Source: Nemertoderma westbladi
Lineage: Eukaryota; Animalia; Xenacoelomorpha
NCBI GenBank assembly: GCA_032718475.1
Contig: JAUCBJ010008394.1
Coordinates: 62,001-126,000, forward strand
Direction of reading: 5' to 3'
DNA: 64,000 nt
Part shown: positions 24,528-36,954 of the stretch, piece by piece
How positions within the stretch are numbered: position 1 is the first letter of the stretch
Layout of the letters: each line of letters starts with the position of its first letter
Notes under the pieces: model-generated
The model's input: only the letters and a program-made list of their open reading frames with translations
The model's database searches: none
Told to the model about the DNA's origin: nothing
Program-made: the position numbers and the translations under genes

Positions 24528-25564
24528 TATCCTCGGTGTGTGTATACCTATAGTATCAAGTGGTGGATCAAGAGTCTTTGCAGTTCCTAAGATATTCTAC
24601 AACCTGGAATGTGAAGAAGCTGTGGAGGTTGCATTATAATGCGTAGATGTTGTTGGAAATGTGGAAATATATTTCAAACATCCAAAGGATATTACATGTA
24701 AAAGATTTATTGAAATTTCCCATTGCCTTTAAAGTTCTTATAGGTAACCTGTCCATTTTCTTGCTTGCTACCCTTACATTGATAGACTTTAGAATAGCTC
24801 TGGTACAAATTATGGCTAGAGTATTATAGAACTACATTTGTAAAACTTATGTCATTGTTACCTTGGCAACATTGAAGAGTTCTAGAACAATAGAAAAGTA
24901 TTACATACTATTCTAGAACATAAATAAAATAAAAAATATAATGTTCTAGAATAATATATAGCTATACGTTTAAATAGCTAGTAAATTTAGAAAAATATTC
25001 AATTTGGTAGCTAAATTTATTAATAAATAAATAATATAAATAGATGATTTTTTTAAATATTACTAGCTATTTTAAATTTGAAACATAACTAGCTATATGT
25101 TCTAAAAAAAAAAGACATAAATAAATAAATTACATAAATAAAATAAAAAATATAATGTTCTAGAATATATAGCTAGTTTTTAAATTTTAAAATAGCTAGT
25201 AAATTTTAAAAAATATTCAATATATTATATATAATATATATATATAATAATATAAAATATTTATTATTTTTTATGTATCGTAGGAAATTAATTAGTTACG
25301 CTTTTTCGCTGCAGCTTTAAGTGTGTACCTTTAAGTGGTACATTAATTTATTATTATTTCAATACCCATATTACTTCATCAGCATACGATGCGTTGGCGT
25401 TGTATCACACATAAGTACCGATTTTGGGATAGAATTGCTCAATTCTAATCTGTATTTAATAACTGAGCCTCGTCCAGCGCGATGGCCCCACGAACGTGTA
25501 ATCTGTTATAATAAAGAAAGCAAAAAAAGAACTACTTTCTGATCCAGAACATTTTTACAAAGTA

Positions 25565-26213
25565 CACCATGTCAATGTCCATGTCCATGTCCAAATATGT
25601 AACAATATCTGAATTGCGTTGAGAAACAGCTGAGATTCAGGCGTTCAAAGATTGCAAGAATTATTGTTCGCTGCAGGCCATTTATTCTATCTAATAAATA
25701 CACGAAATTCTAGAACGTGTTATTTATTTTATGAGTTGGTTGGCAACAGCAGTATTCCTATCCAATATATCTATTGCGTAGATATTCATACATAAACAAA
25801 ATGTTCCAGAACATCGTTGATTTTTTAAATAGAATAAATTGCCTTCAGCGAAGGATAATTATTGCAATCTTTGAACGCCTATATCTCAGCTGTTTCTCAA
25901 CGAAATTCAGATATTGTTACATATTTGGAATCCTTGTAACGTGAGCTTTTTAATGATATGAAAGATTCTTCACTAATGTGAAGAATGGCCACGATACGGA
26001 GGGTGCGATTTCGCAAAAGACACTTTTTTAAAACGCTTATAAAAAAAATTTAAAGGCAAAATCGACAATTCCGGCTTCACGGGGTCATCGACGGTGAGTG
26101 GAACTAGTTATGTTTCAAATTTCAAGCAATATGATAAAGATTTGTAGAAAAATCTGGGGGGGGGGGGGGGGTCCGTGTCATCAGAAAATGACACTATATT
26201 ACGGGACATGGTG
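25565..26213. mobile_element. Tc1/mariner-like palindromic non-autonomous element (left arm partly deleted)
   Basis: TA|CACCATGTC...GACATGGTG|TA termini. Internal inverted repeat 25591-25665 vs ~25855-25928. Same terminus at 32554. Confidence 0.65.
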
Positions 26214-27324
26214 TATTAAAATTAGTATTAAATTTCTGAATTCCACCTCTGTTTCCATTTTTTTTACTATTTGACCAGTTTGACTATTGACAACTGGATC
26301 AGCAGTTTCATGAAGCTTAGAACAATAATATGGTACAACAACAACAACAAAATAGAAAACAAAACTTTGGACAATTGCAACTCTTATGCCAAAAAATCCC
26401 TTACTTCTACCAAATTATATGTATATTGCAAAGTATCAATTAATGTAAGGAATGCATATTCATATGGCATCTCATATTTATAAAACATTTTTTGCAATAT
26501 GGTGTGGTGTATCTTACATAATTGCATAAGTAATGAGATAATAAAGTATGTAGTTCCAATAGAGGAAGATTTTGGTAGAACTAGAACTGGAATATATGAC
26601 GACCATATGCCATGAATAATTTGAACAAACAAATATTATTTATAGACATAATATATCTCTTTAAAGACGCCGACTCATCTAAACTAATACGAACTAATAA
26701 CTATTATGTTATAGCTCACTATAAAAAACTTCAATAGGGTTGGTGCAAGAAAATATTGTTGGGTTAGAAACAATTGAATAAGGGGTAAGTAAACAAGGTG
26801 TCCTCAATCGAGTGCCAGGGTGTGTTCTTTTTTGGAGAGTGATAATATTATTGATCAATTGAAATCCTCATTAAAACTCAATTATTTCGCACATGATTTA
26901 TATCATTGAGAAGCTGAGAATCATGTGCATCTTTTGACACATAAATTAATTAAATTCATGAAGAGGAATGCTCATAAAAATGCTGATTGAAATTCTGCAT
27001 AATTGACTACACACACAAGTATTATGTAGTTTTCAAAAGTTTAGTAATTATACACACAGACAGACTTCTATAAATAGTTCCCCTGTCAGTCACTCAGGGA
27101 GTAATTGTAAGAAACAAAGTTAACTTTTTGGTGTCTCCCAACCGTGCAAATGTGTTGCTATCTCGAGAAAATGACATCATATTATGCGAAGATTTATCAG
27201 TATTATTGGATACAAAATGTCCAAAAAATACATCAGGAGATATAGGGAGATAGCAGCTGTAACTACATGTAATGATTGGAAAGATCGAGACTCAGTTAAC
27301 TGTATCACAAAGTATATCACGTAC

Positions 27325-27475
27325 TCAAATGAGCATCTAAGATCCGATCGATGCGAACTAAGATACTAGATACATACTTAGATTCTAGGAGACAACCTAG
27401 ATCCTAAACGGAACTTAGATCCAAGAAACCAACTAATGCCTAGGATCGAACTTAGATACTAGAAGCGAACATCGT
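27325..27475. repeat. Degenerate ~20-bp minisatellite (CTAGA...AACT(T/A)AGAT); paralog at ~58900-59035
   Basis: Repeated GAACTTAGAT(A/C)CTAGA-like units. Confidence 0.6.
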
Positions 27476-28077
27476 TTGCAATGCCAAGATTTAAAAAATA
27501 TGAGTGGGAGAGTAGGAAAATTTGTTATGGTAGGACATCAGTCACAGGAAGCATCAATATATTAGATTGCCTGGAATCACTCTTTATCCTTGGCCAATGA
27601 AAGACCAGCGTAGATTTTTATGGACGGATTTCTATCAGTAGCGTCTTTATACTGTATTATATAATTAATACTTATATCCATCCATATCTTTCTTTATGCT
27701 TCAATTTTTTAGCTCTAGTTACTGACGAGCAATGCTTAAGCATATCCATTATTTTATTATACAGTAGGAATCCGAGTACCGTGGACACTATCCAACACCT
27801 CTGTTTGAATGTGTTAGACAACACCTGGATGGGAATGCTATGGATGGTAGCTAACAAGGCAAGGCTGTACCTACACAAACACCATGAGAAACTGTGACAA
27901 GCACAATACACATTGGCTGACTGACTGGCACGAGCTATTTAAACATTTCAAAGTAATTGCAGCACCCATTGTTGCCTGTTTTGCAAGAGCTTGAAATGTA
28001 TTATATTTGCACCACGTACCAGCCCATTATCAACAATGCAGACACATTTGCCCATTCCTTCTCCCTTTGGGACTTAA

Positions 28078-28140
28078 TTACCATAGCTGATGGTTAGAGC
28101 GTCAGAATTGGGGGTCACCAGTTCGAACCCACCTGGACGT
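28078..28140 (+). other. tRNA-derived SINE head / Pol III A-B box remnant
   Basis: A-box-like TAGCTGATGGTTAGAGC and B-box GTTCGAACCC (28121-28130). No complete cloverleaf. Confidence 0.55.
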
Positions 28141-28432
28141 CATTGCCGACTTTGCAAAAGCTGTGCCCAACAACGAGTTATAATAAAATCAAGACAGCAA
28201 TTAAATGGCAAAATGTATAATATTTACATAAATTTAAGAAAAAGCCACACAGGTCTATGTAGTAACATAAGTGTGAATAACGTTTATAGTAACCTTGTGA
28301 TATTAGCATTGTCTTATTTTGTTGTATTACTAAACATTTTATGTAACAATGAATAAACATGTTATGTAATTTAACTTGATCAACATGAAACAAGGTTAAA
28401 AAATACATGATTAATTGAATGTGGCGAGAATA

Positions 28433-29639
28433 ATAGAAAAAACAATGGTGTAAGGACTTTCAGCCACAAAAAGGTGTTATAGTGTATTGCAGACCTTTCA
28501 ATAAACAATGTTTATCTTTATCAATGCAGTACTGATTAATGTTGTACGTACACTACCGGTACATATAGTGGACGACACAACATATCGAATTTTCTTTACA
28601 TTCTACAGCAATATACTACGGAGCCCCTAAAGGGACATGAGAAAAAAAATTTTTTTTTTTGCTAACTCGTGCGAACGACTTAGTATGTCGTGCGAACGAC
28701 TTACTAAGTCGTTCGCACGAGTTAGCGAAAAAAAAATATTTTTTTCTCATGTCCCTTTAGGGGCTCCGTAATATACTGTATATGCATTATGCAATTTGAC
28801 AAAAATATATATCGATTTTCGCACAGTAATGTACAGTATACAACAAAAATTAGACAATTGGATATATCAAATATACAGTATTTTACATTATACAGTAACA
28901 CTGTATAAGTACAGTGTATAACAGTGTATAATATACTGTACGACAAAATTGGGGTTAAACAGGGTTTAAATTTTAGTTTAAAAAATTTACGAAATATAAA
29001 AGAAGTAAAAATTATATTCCAAGACCAATTCAAAAACAAAAAGGGGGGGGGGGGGCTTAATTGTGAATTGAGTTGGCAATAGCAGGAAGCCAACATTCAT
29101 TCAGTAGACTACCGGAGTTCCTATTGATTGAGTCATCATTGGGAGAGCGTATAATAGTTTTCCTGCTATTGCCAACTCAATTCCCAATTAAGCCCCCCCC
29201 CCCCCCTTTTTGTTTTTGAATTGGTCTTGGAATATAATTTTTACTTCTTTTATATTTCGTAAAATTTTTAAACTAAAATTTAAACCCTGTTTAACCCCAA
29301 TTTTGTCGTACAGTATATTATTACTTATACAGTGTTACTGTATAATGTAAAATACTGTATATTTGATATATCCAATTGTCTAATTTTTGTTGTATACTGT
29401 ACATTACTGTGCGAAAATCGATATATATTTTTGTCAAATTGCATAATGCATATACAGTATATTGCTGTAGAATGTAAAGAAAATTCGATATGTCGTGTCG
29501 TCCACTATATGTACCGGTAGTGTACGTACAACATTAATCAGTACTGCATTGATAAAGATAAACATTGTTTATTGAAACGTCTGCAATACACTATAACACC
29601 TTTTGTGGCTGAAAGTCCTTACACCATTGTTTTTTCTAT
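28433..29639. mobile_element. 1.2-kb near-perfect palindrome (foldback element): arms 28433-29088 and 29160-29639, ~70-bp spacer
   Basis: Arms are reverse complements with few mismatches, apart from a nested MITE and a short indel in the left arm. No TSD recognised. Confidence 0.92.
28618..28769. mobile_element. 152-bp palindromic MITE nested in the left arm of the foldback
   Basis: TIR ACGGAGCCCCTAAAGGGACATGAGAAAAAAA. TSD AATATACT (28610-28617, 28770-28777), or 6-bp ATATAC if the ends are TACGG/CCGTA. The right arm preserves the empty site. Confidence 0.9.
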
Positions 29640-30051
29640 GAAACAGGGTTCTATGGTAGTTTTATACATTTTCTCTGTATTACATCTCACTATCCCACCA
29701 TACCGGATATTAATTAACCTTAATGTGTGCCTTCATACTAACAAGTCAAAAGATACAATTTATATCTAAATAATAGTAATACTTTCAGTAATCTAGAATA
29801 TTTCATTAAATTAACTTTTCAAAGAAGAATCTCACAATGATGTGCATGGTATCTAGGATCCGGAAGTTCCTCGATATTACAGTTGTTACCTTCTGTGAGC
29901 TTAAATATTACATGGAAAGATAGGCTTATTTTACATAAATTATAATTATACACAAGTTACTACCTTGTCAGAAAATAGCCAACACCGGTTAATAGTTTCA
30001 GTAGTACATACAATATTTAGGTAAACAAATGTCAGTAAGCGTGTCAGCAAT

Positions 30052-30126
30052 GTCAGGGTATCTCAGTTGATTGAGCGCCAAGCAGGATATCTATTGGTTG
30101 GAAGTTCGAGCCCTGCCTTGCATCCC
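30052..30126 (+). other. tRNA-derived SINE head / tRNA pseudogene
   Basis: D-arm-like CTCAGTTGATTGAG and B-box GTTCGAGCCC (30104-30113). Stems are imperfect. Confidence 0.5.
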
Positions 30127-30304
30127 AAAAGTATGATAATAATATGATAATATACTTATAGTATGATATAGTATAATGTGGACGAGATGATGAACCACAA
30201 CACCAATAATTAAAATACTAGTATTAGTAGTAATATACAAAGCCAAGTTCAATAAAACAATCAGGGACCACGGTTTACATTTCACCACCTAGCTAACAGG
30301 ACAT

Positions 30305-31591
30305 CTAAAAGATAATGCAGCCACCAAAGAGAATAAAAAAAGGCAACCCCAACAAACTGAGAAGCGAACAAGTTCTCTGCATTCCAAAGTGATCATTGAG
30401 AAATCCTCCAAAAACGGGACCTATAATGTTTCCAATAGACATTGATATACGAAACATTTGTTGCAGAAGAGATCTGGTGTCAACATTGTCTGGATAGCCA
30501 CAAACCTTCACAGCCAGTTGCGTTTGTGTTTCCAATGCAGGGGTCATGTATAATACTGTACCAAATCCGAGGAGTGCAAATCCAGTAATAGAAATTGAGA
30601 AATCATGAGGTAAACCGAGAAGTTCTGTAGGACCTATTAGTTGCATTGCTAATGCTACTATCATTACTCCAAATACAATAGGAAAGGTAGTTTTCAGTTT
30701 CTTCATCATTAAACTCATTATTATACCTATGAAGGCTTGAATACTAGGAGATATCATATATATCCGACCAATATTGTATTGGTTCACATTGTAGGTGTGA
30801 TGAATGTAGGCAGCATAGTTCGTAACTATAAATTGTGAGAGCATAACCCAATATGTGTGCAAAATAAACATAAGAGTTATTGCTGGATTCTTCAGAACCC
30901 CAAGATAAGTTGGTCTGACCTCATTAGATTCACATCTGTCTTGAATGTAAGCTGGTGACTCTTTCCAACAGTAAAGGAGTATAATGAGAAATATCAAACC
31001 CGATATTATAAATGGGAATTCAAAACCCAAAGCAGCAAAAACTGTAGAACCAAATACTGGTGCAACCATGAATCCTATATTGCTGCTAACAAGAGTTAGA
31101 CTAGCTAATAATGTTCTTTGTGTTGGCCACAATTCCATCAAGAGACTGAATGAATACATAAAACTGATATTGAGTCCAAAAGCTTCGATTATACGCAGTG
31201 AAAAACAGACAAATATATATAATCCACTGTTACTATTAGGGATATATTCTACAAACCCAAATGCTAACTGGGAAACCGCTCCAATGATTCCAAATAGACC
31301 CAAAGAGATACGAGTTCCCCAATTGTTGATAGAATGAGGGAAAGTAATATATATTATAAGTCTCATCATTGAAAACGTTGAGAGTAATGCACCAATCAGA
31401 GTTTTTGACCAACCTCGTTCTTCAACAACAATTGGGAAGAAAGTCTCTAATAGACTCTGACACCAACCTGGTATCATTTGATATACAAGCAGCATGCTCA
31501 CTAACATATAAAGTCTCCCGACCTTTCGGAGTCCATTTTTATATGAACGCCTTATATCCATTGAACTTGAGGGGGCCTCTTCATCTGACAT
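30305..31591 (-). CDS. SLC18B1-like MFS transporter, copy 3 (428 aa; terminal +1 frameshift)
   Basis: Full homology to the other copies. One extra base in the A-run at 30345-30351 shifts the last helix. The ancestral-frame stop is still present at 30289-30291. Confidence 0.87.
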   Translation of the reverse strand: MSDEEAPSSSMDIRRSYKNGLRKVGRLYMLVSMLLVYQMIPGWCQSLLETFFPIVVEERGWSKTLIGALLSTFSMMRLIIYITFPHSINNWGTRISLGLFGIIGAVSQLAFGFVEYIPNSNSGLYIFVCFSLRIIEAFGLNISFMYSFSLLMELWPTQRTLLASLTLVSSNIGFMVAPVFGSTVFAALGFEFPFIISGLIFLIILLYCWKESPAYIQDRCESNEVRPTYLGVLKNPAITLMFILHTYWVMLSQFIVTNYAAYIHHTYNVNQYNIGRIYMISPSIQAFIGIIMSLMMKKLKTTFPIVFGVMIVALAMQLIGPTELLGLPHDFSISITGFALLGFGTVLYMTPALETQTQLAVKVCGYPDNVDTRSLLQQMFRISMSIGNIIGPVFGGFLNDHFGMQRTCSLLSLLGLPFFILFGGCIIF

Positions 31592-32303
31592 CTTCTATAC
31601 TATGTCTATACTAGATGTATATCAGGTGAACTCATCTGAAGCAATAGGTCGTCCATCAATGAAAGTTATATCAATCGACGCAGCTCAACAAAATTTTCGA
31701 AAACATTATTAAAGTGTCTTTTTATAATTCGAAAAATAGCCCCATAACACGAAAATTGCCATAGACTCAATGATAGAAACAACAGCGGGTGCGGATACGC
31801 CCAAACTGCAGAAAGTATATTACTTGCCCAGTTTTAGTAAGGTTGTGTTTACTCACTCGCACTATCACAGACAGTAATCAACATTAACTGTTTGTTTATA
31901 ATGTAGTAGCCCGACAGCTGAATAGCTCTTCACAGTGATTCCTATGGGGATATCTATAAGGTTACTCACTGCTGTGATAGGTGGTAGGCCAGCTGATTGA
32001 ATTATAAGCACAGGACCGTCATCTAATGGGTCAGGCCCGCCTAATAATGCTCCTACAGCCAACTTTCTATGTATTCGTTTGCCACAGCTGTCAATTAATG
32101 TTTATATATATTTAATTTCGCGATAAAATAATGTCAAAAAACTAAATATATCGAATACCACACAGAATCGATCTGAAATTTTGTAACGCGATTATGAACC
32201 ACAAAAGCAATGTACTTGCAAAATTTAATAAAAAAAGCTAGGGGGAAGTGTACGAAACTGCAATTCCGGTATATGGATAGCTATATAGATAGCTGTTTGC
32301 TTT

Positions 32304-32553
32304 CATTGCTTTCGCCATGGGGACCAGCCAGTGCATAATCTTGTGCTTTGGCAGCCTCAGGGAGAGAATAAGCATGGTGGACAGCCATGACTTTCTTGAG
32401 ACGCATCTCAAAGGACACTGGCCTTGAAGGTGCGGATGATCTAGCAAATGTCATGGGTGATAGTGAGTTGTGGTCGTGGTGGTGCAATTTTGTCGAAAAG
32501 CCGGCACAGCATTCTTTAAAATGCAGCTGCAATGCAGCATGCCGATCCTAGTA
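32304..32553 (+). mobile_element. RTE family B 3' fragment (~250 bp)
   Basis: Matches 39975-40223 and the reverse complement of 42578-42835. Ends GATCCTAGTA. Confidence 0.88.
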
Positions 32554-33213
32554 CACCATGTCCTGGAATATAGTGTCGTTATTCAGGTACCTGCCCCCCC
32601 CCCCAAATTTTTTTACAAATCGTAATGAGATTGCATGAAATTTGAAACAGAGATAGTTTCACCTCCCTCCTCCTTACTGGGTGAGCCAGAATGTTTATTT
32701 TCGCTTTCATTATTTAGCTACAAGCGTTTGAAAAAGGTGTCTCTGTCGATATTGCACCAGTTACACCGCAGTTATTCTTCAAACATTTAGTGATTTGTTG
32801 GTATTAGTGGAAAGCTGACTGTGCGAGAATTCCAAATAATGTAAAAATAATTGAATTTGGTTGGGAAATAGCTGAGTAATTGGCATTTGAATTTTGCATG
32901 TATTAGCTTCCACTGCAGGCCATTTATTCTATTATATTAATACACAATGTTCTAGAACATTTTGATTATGTATGAATATCTATATACTAGTATTATCATG
33001 TAGGTATCGCATTGTTGCCAAGCTACTTATGAGATAAACAAAATGTTCTACGACGAACGATCTACGACGCAATATCGACGGAGACACCTTTTTCAAACGC
33101 TTGTAGCTAAAGAATGAAAGCGAAAATAAAAATTCTGGCTCACCCAGCAAGGAGGAGGGAGGTGAAACTATGTCTGTTTCAAATTCCATGCAATCTCATT
33201 ACGATTTGTAAAA
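32554..33213. mobile_element. Tc1/mariner-like palindromic non-autonomous element inserted at a TA of the RTE tail
   Basis: Starts TA|CACCATGTCC. Inverted repeat 32612-32755 vs 33070-33213. Related pieces at 22430-22680 and 2750-2900. Confidence 0.7.
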
Positions 33214-33217
33214 TCGT

Positions 33218-34295
33218 ATCTTTTAACACTCCAATTACATAAATTCGTGATCATGAACATTGATAAAATACTGTTTGCAATTTTGCAAACTTGGTAGATT
33301 GTCTGACCACATATGCAAGCACTCAACCACTCAGCCCTATCCACTTATTACATTGCAGTATCGGAGTAGGCCTACTGCTGTATTGTTGCTTAAGTTCATT
33401 AAGTTGAGTAAACCTACCTACCGACAGAAAATGTTCATCACGTGTTGGTGTTCAACCCACTGGTGGACACCAATGTGGCGATGTTGATTGACGCCACTCA
33501 TCTCCACCACGACGGCGAGGAAGTGCCGGAAATACGAGGAGAGATTACGCGAGGTGGAACACTCCACCTTCACTCCCTTAATCTTCTCTGCTTTCAGCGG
33601 AATGGCACCAGCTGCCCATCAGTTTGTCAAACGACTGATGGTGAAGTTGTCCAACAAACGGTAGGTTCCCTATCCTGAGTGCGTCTAATGGGTACGTCAG
33701 CGAATCAGTTTCTCCCTCCTCAGGTCGTCCTTAATGTGTTTACGCGAGTACCATTCGGCTGCTAGGTGACCGGTGCGGGAGGCAGTCACCGACTCACCGA
33801 TCCAGTTGGCTAACGCGGACTCAGACCCTGGGGTGTTACGCAGGTCGGTAGGGTAGGGTAGTACAGTAGTATGCTCCATACACCATAGAGACAGTTTCTG
33901 TGTTGGGGGCGTGCAAAGGATTTTATTTTAAATTTTTACAATAAAATACATTTGTTGCCTAGTAACGTCAGCTGGTGGTGGGTATTGTTTAACATTATCT
34001 GAATTTTGTAAGGTTTTTATTATCTATGTAAATAAATGAGACTTATGAGGTTAAAAAAAACCTACTGATGTACCACTCTTACACTACCACTGACTGGTAC
34101 ACATTTCAACTTATTGAACTTAAAGCTGCAATACAACAATACTCTGATACTGCAATGCAATAGGTGTATTGTATAGGGCTGATTGGTTGATTGGCTTACA
34201 TACTGGCCATGCAATCTGCGAGTTTATAATTGTGAATGGAGTCATTTTATCAATGTTCATCACCATGAATTTAATTAATTGTAGTGTAAAAGACG
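33218..34295. repeat. Old ~190-bp inverted repeat pair (33218-33410 / 34105-34295) enclosing a CRE-like fragment
   Basis: GAACATTGATAAAAT...TCAGCCCTAT...CATTGCAGTATC...TTAAGTTCA.TAAGTTGA and its degenerate reverse complement. Confidence 0.65.
33440..33950 (+). mobile_element. 3' fragment of a second REL-type (CRE-like) non-LTR element
   Basis: VFNP...(frameshift) RKYEERLREVEHSTFTPLIFSAFSGMAPAAHQFVKRL...WVRQRISFSLLRSSLMCLR, followed by AATAAA at ~33940. Confidence 0.8.
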
Positions 34296-35224
34296 TGCAG
34301 GACTCTCCACTTTCAATTGTAATAAGCCACGTGTGATATGATTGAGATTAAATGTGTATTTTAATGGATCTAAAATCACCCTCCATAGAAACCAAGATAA
34401 GAAATACTGAGAGCACTTTGTAATGACATCAAATCTGTAGCAGCCAATCACAGCCGATTTTCAAAATAGATAGACCTGAAAATACTACCTGATTCCTTGT
34501 ATGTCCGCAATATACCTCCTCATGGCCTCCCATCTGTCAATACCATCATCTGCTGCCACTGGGCTCAACCCTAATGTACTTGGCCGTCTTTAACCACTTC
34601 CAATCACAACCGCGAATGAAAGGGTTGTGTATTAACCATGAACCATCACGGCCACAATGATTAAGTATAAACTCTAACAACTAATTTAGTTTATGTATTA
34701 TTATTATTTTTATATTTCTATAGCGCCAAATTTACATGAAAACACCCTGTGGTGCTGAAACTTATTTTCAACTCTTAAAGTTTCGATTTAAAAAGATCAA
34801 AGCTGGCACCCTATTCTTTCCGGTAATTCGTGATGAAGACATCACAGATAGCAGGGCAGTGCAATTCAAACCAAACCTAAGCAGTGAAACTAAATCAAGT
34901 TTGTGGGGCGAGTCAAAACTTCGAGCCATCAGCGAAATGTTATAATTATAGTAAAAAAGTTTTCTAAAAGTCTCTGGGTGTGTGTGTGTCAGTCTGTGTC
35001 GGAAGCCATAATTGTCTTAAGCCAAAGATATAACTAGCCATAGTAAAATTATAATTTTTCGCTAAGATGGCTTGAAGCTTTTGCTGCACAAAGGCCCCAC
35101 TCGTGTTATTATTATTTGCAATTAAGGTAATATATCAATACAAACTAAACTTCATGTTGACGTCATATCTATCTTTTAGCCTATCTTTTACTTTCCTGCA
35201 ATGGGCACAGGCACGGTACTCTAT

Positions 35225-35280
35225 TTTGCCGAAACGCGACTGTTTCCGAAACGCGACAGTTGCCGAAACGCGATGACACC
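35225..35280. mobile_element. Solo terminus of the 17914-18865 repeat-array TIR family
   Basis: Three CCGAAACGCGA units ending GATGACACC. Confidence 0.7.
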
Positions 35281-35646
35281 AGTCCCCCCCCCCCCCCCCC
35301 CCCCCAACCCTGCCAATAAAAATAAATCAAATACAAACATGGACAATATTGAAATTATGATGATCTGTTATTTATTTGTTAATTTGTATGATGATTCAAT
35401 CGGTTTTCAAAGATTCTTACAATGATGTGCAGAGTGTACATGGATAATGGATAATACAGTTGTTTGTTACTTTCTGTAAGCTTAAACGAAAATTATTTTT
35501 ACTCAAATATGAATGCACAAATGACCACCGTTTCAGTATCCTGCCACCAGTTTAGTTTCAGTATTACATACAATATCAAGATAACCAAAATATCAAGATA
35601 AACCATACACAATGAAATTAAATAATACTTTAAAAGAAAAAGCCAC

Positions 35647-36954
35647 CTAGCCAACACGAAATCTAAAAGCAAACACAGACACTAAAGAGATAAGAAATGG
35701 TAACCCCAACAGACTGAGAATCGAACAAGCTGTTTGCACCCCAAAATTATCATTGAGATATCCACCAAAAACGGGACCTATAATAGTTCCAATAGACATT
35801 GAAATACGAAACATTTGTTGCAGAAGAGATCTGGTGTCAACATTGTCTGGATAGCCACAAACCTTCACAGCCAGTTGCGTTTGCATTTCCAATGCAGGGG
35901 TTTGGTATAATGCTGTACCGCATCCAATGAATGCAAATCCAGTAATAGAAATTGAGAGATAATGAGGTAAACCAAGAAGTTCTGTAGGACCTATTAGTTG
36001 CATTGCTAATGCTACTATCATTACTCCAAATACAATAGGAAAGATAGTTTTCACTTTATTCATAATTAAACTCAAGATTATACCTATGGAGGCTTGAATA
36101 CTAGGAGATATCATATATATCTGACCAATATTGTACTGGTTCACATTATAAGTATGATGAATGTAGGCAGCAAAGTTCGTAACTATAAATGATGAGCTCA
36201 TGACCCAATATGTGTGCAAAATAAACATAAGAGTTACTGCTGGATTTTTCAGAACACCAATATAAGTTGGTCTGCCTTCATTCGATTCACATCTATCTTT
36301 AATGTAAGCTGGTGACTCTTTCCAACAGTAAAGGAGTATAATGAGAAATATCAAACCCGATATTATAAATGGGAATTCAAAACCCAAAGCAGCAAAAACT
36401 GTAGAACCAAATACTGGAGCAACCAAGAATCCTATGTTGCTACTAACAAGAGTTAGACTAGCTAATACTGTTCTTTGTGCTGGCCACACTTCCATCAATA
36501 TACTGAATGAATACATAAAACTGATGTTGAGACCAACAGCTTCGATGATGCGAAGTGAAAAACAAACAAATATATATAATCCATTGCTATGATTAGGAAT
36601 ATATTCTACAAACCCAAACGCTAACTGTGAAACAGCTCCAATGATACCAAATAGACCCAACGAGATACGAGTTCCCCAATTGTTAATAGAATGAGTACAA
36701 GTAATGTATATTATAAGTCTTGACATTGAAAACGTTGAGAGTAATGCACCAATCAGAGTCTTTGACCAACCACGTTCTTCAACAACAATTGGAAAGAAGG
36801 TCTCTAATAGACTCTGACACCACCCTGGTATAATTTGATACACTAGCAACATGGCCACTAACATATAAAGTCTCCCGTCATTTTGGTGACCATTTTTATA
36901 TGAACGACTTATTTTCATTGGACTTGACTTTATAGGAGCATCTTCATCTGACAT
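35647..36954 (-). CDS. SLC18B1-like MFS transporter, copy 4 (435 aa, intact, intronless)
   Basis: Uninterrupted ORF from MSDE to RFRVG*. Closest to copy 3 (WCQSLLET, SLTLVSSNIGF). Confidence 0.9.
   Translation of the reverse strand: MSDEDAPIKSSPMKISRSYKNGHQNDGRLYMLVAMLLVYQIIPGWCQSLLETFFPIVVEERGWSKTLIGALLSTFSMSRLIIYITCTHSINNWGTRISLGLFGIIGAVSQLAFGFVEYIPNHSNGLYIFVCFSLRIIEAVGLNISFMYSFSILMEVWPAQRTVLASLTLVSSNIGFLVAPVFGSTVFAALGFEFPFIISGLIFLIILLYCWKESPAYIKDRCESNEGRPTYIGVLKNPAVTLMFILHTYWVMSSSFIVTNFAAYIHHTYNVNQYNIGQIYMISPSIQASIGIILSLIMNKVKTIFPIVFGVMIVALAMQLIGPTELLGLPHYLSISITGFAFIGCGTALYQTPALEMQTQLAVKVCGYPDNVDTRSLLQQMFRISMSIGTIIGPVFGGYLNDNFGVQTACSILSLLGLPFLISLVSVFAFRFRVG

Noticed and set aside
28722-29520. 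Mirror-image ORFs (LLYNVKYCIFDISNC...) on both strands
   Set aside because: A by-product of the palindrome; low-complexity, no start context.
34700-35105. Possible L2-type 3' end and Helentron-associated (HINE-like) repeat; similar hints at 7010-7330 and 52730-53070
   Set aside because: Only weak terminal and microsatellite cues; boundaries and family could not be supported by eye.
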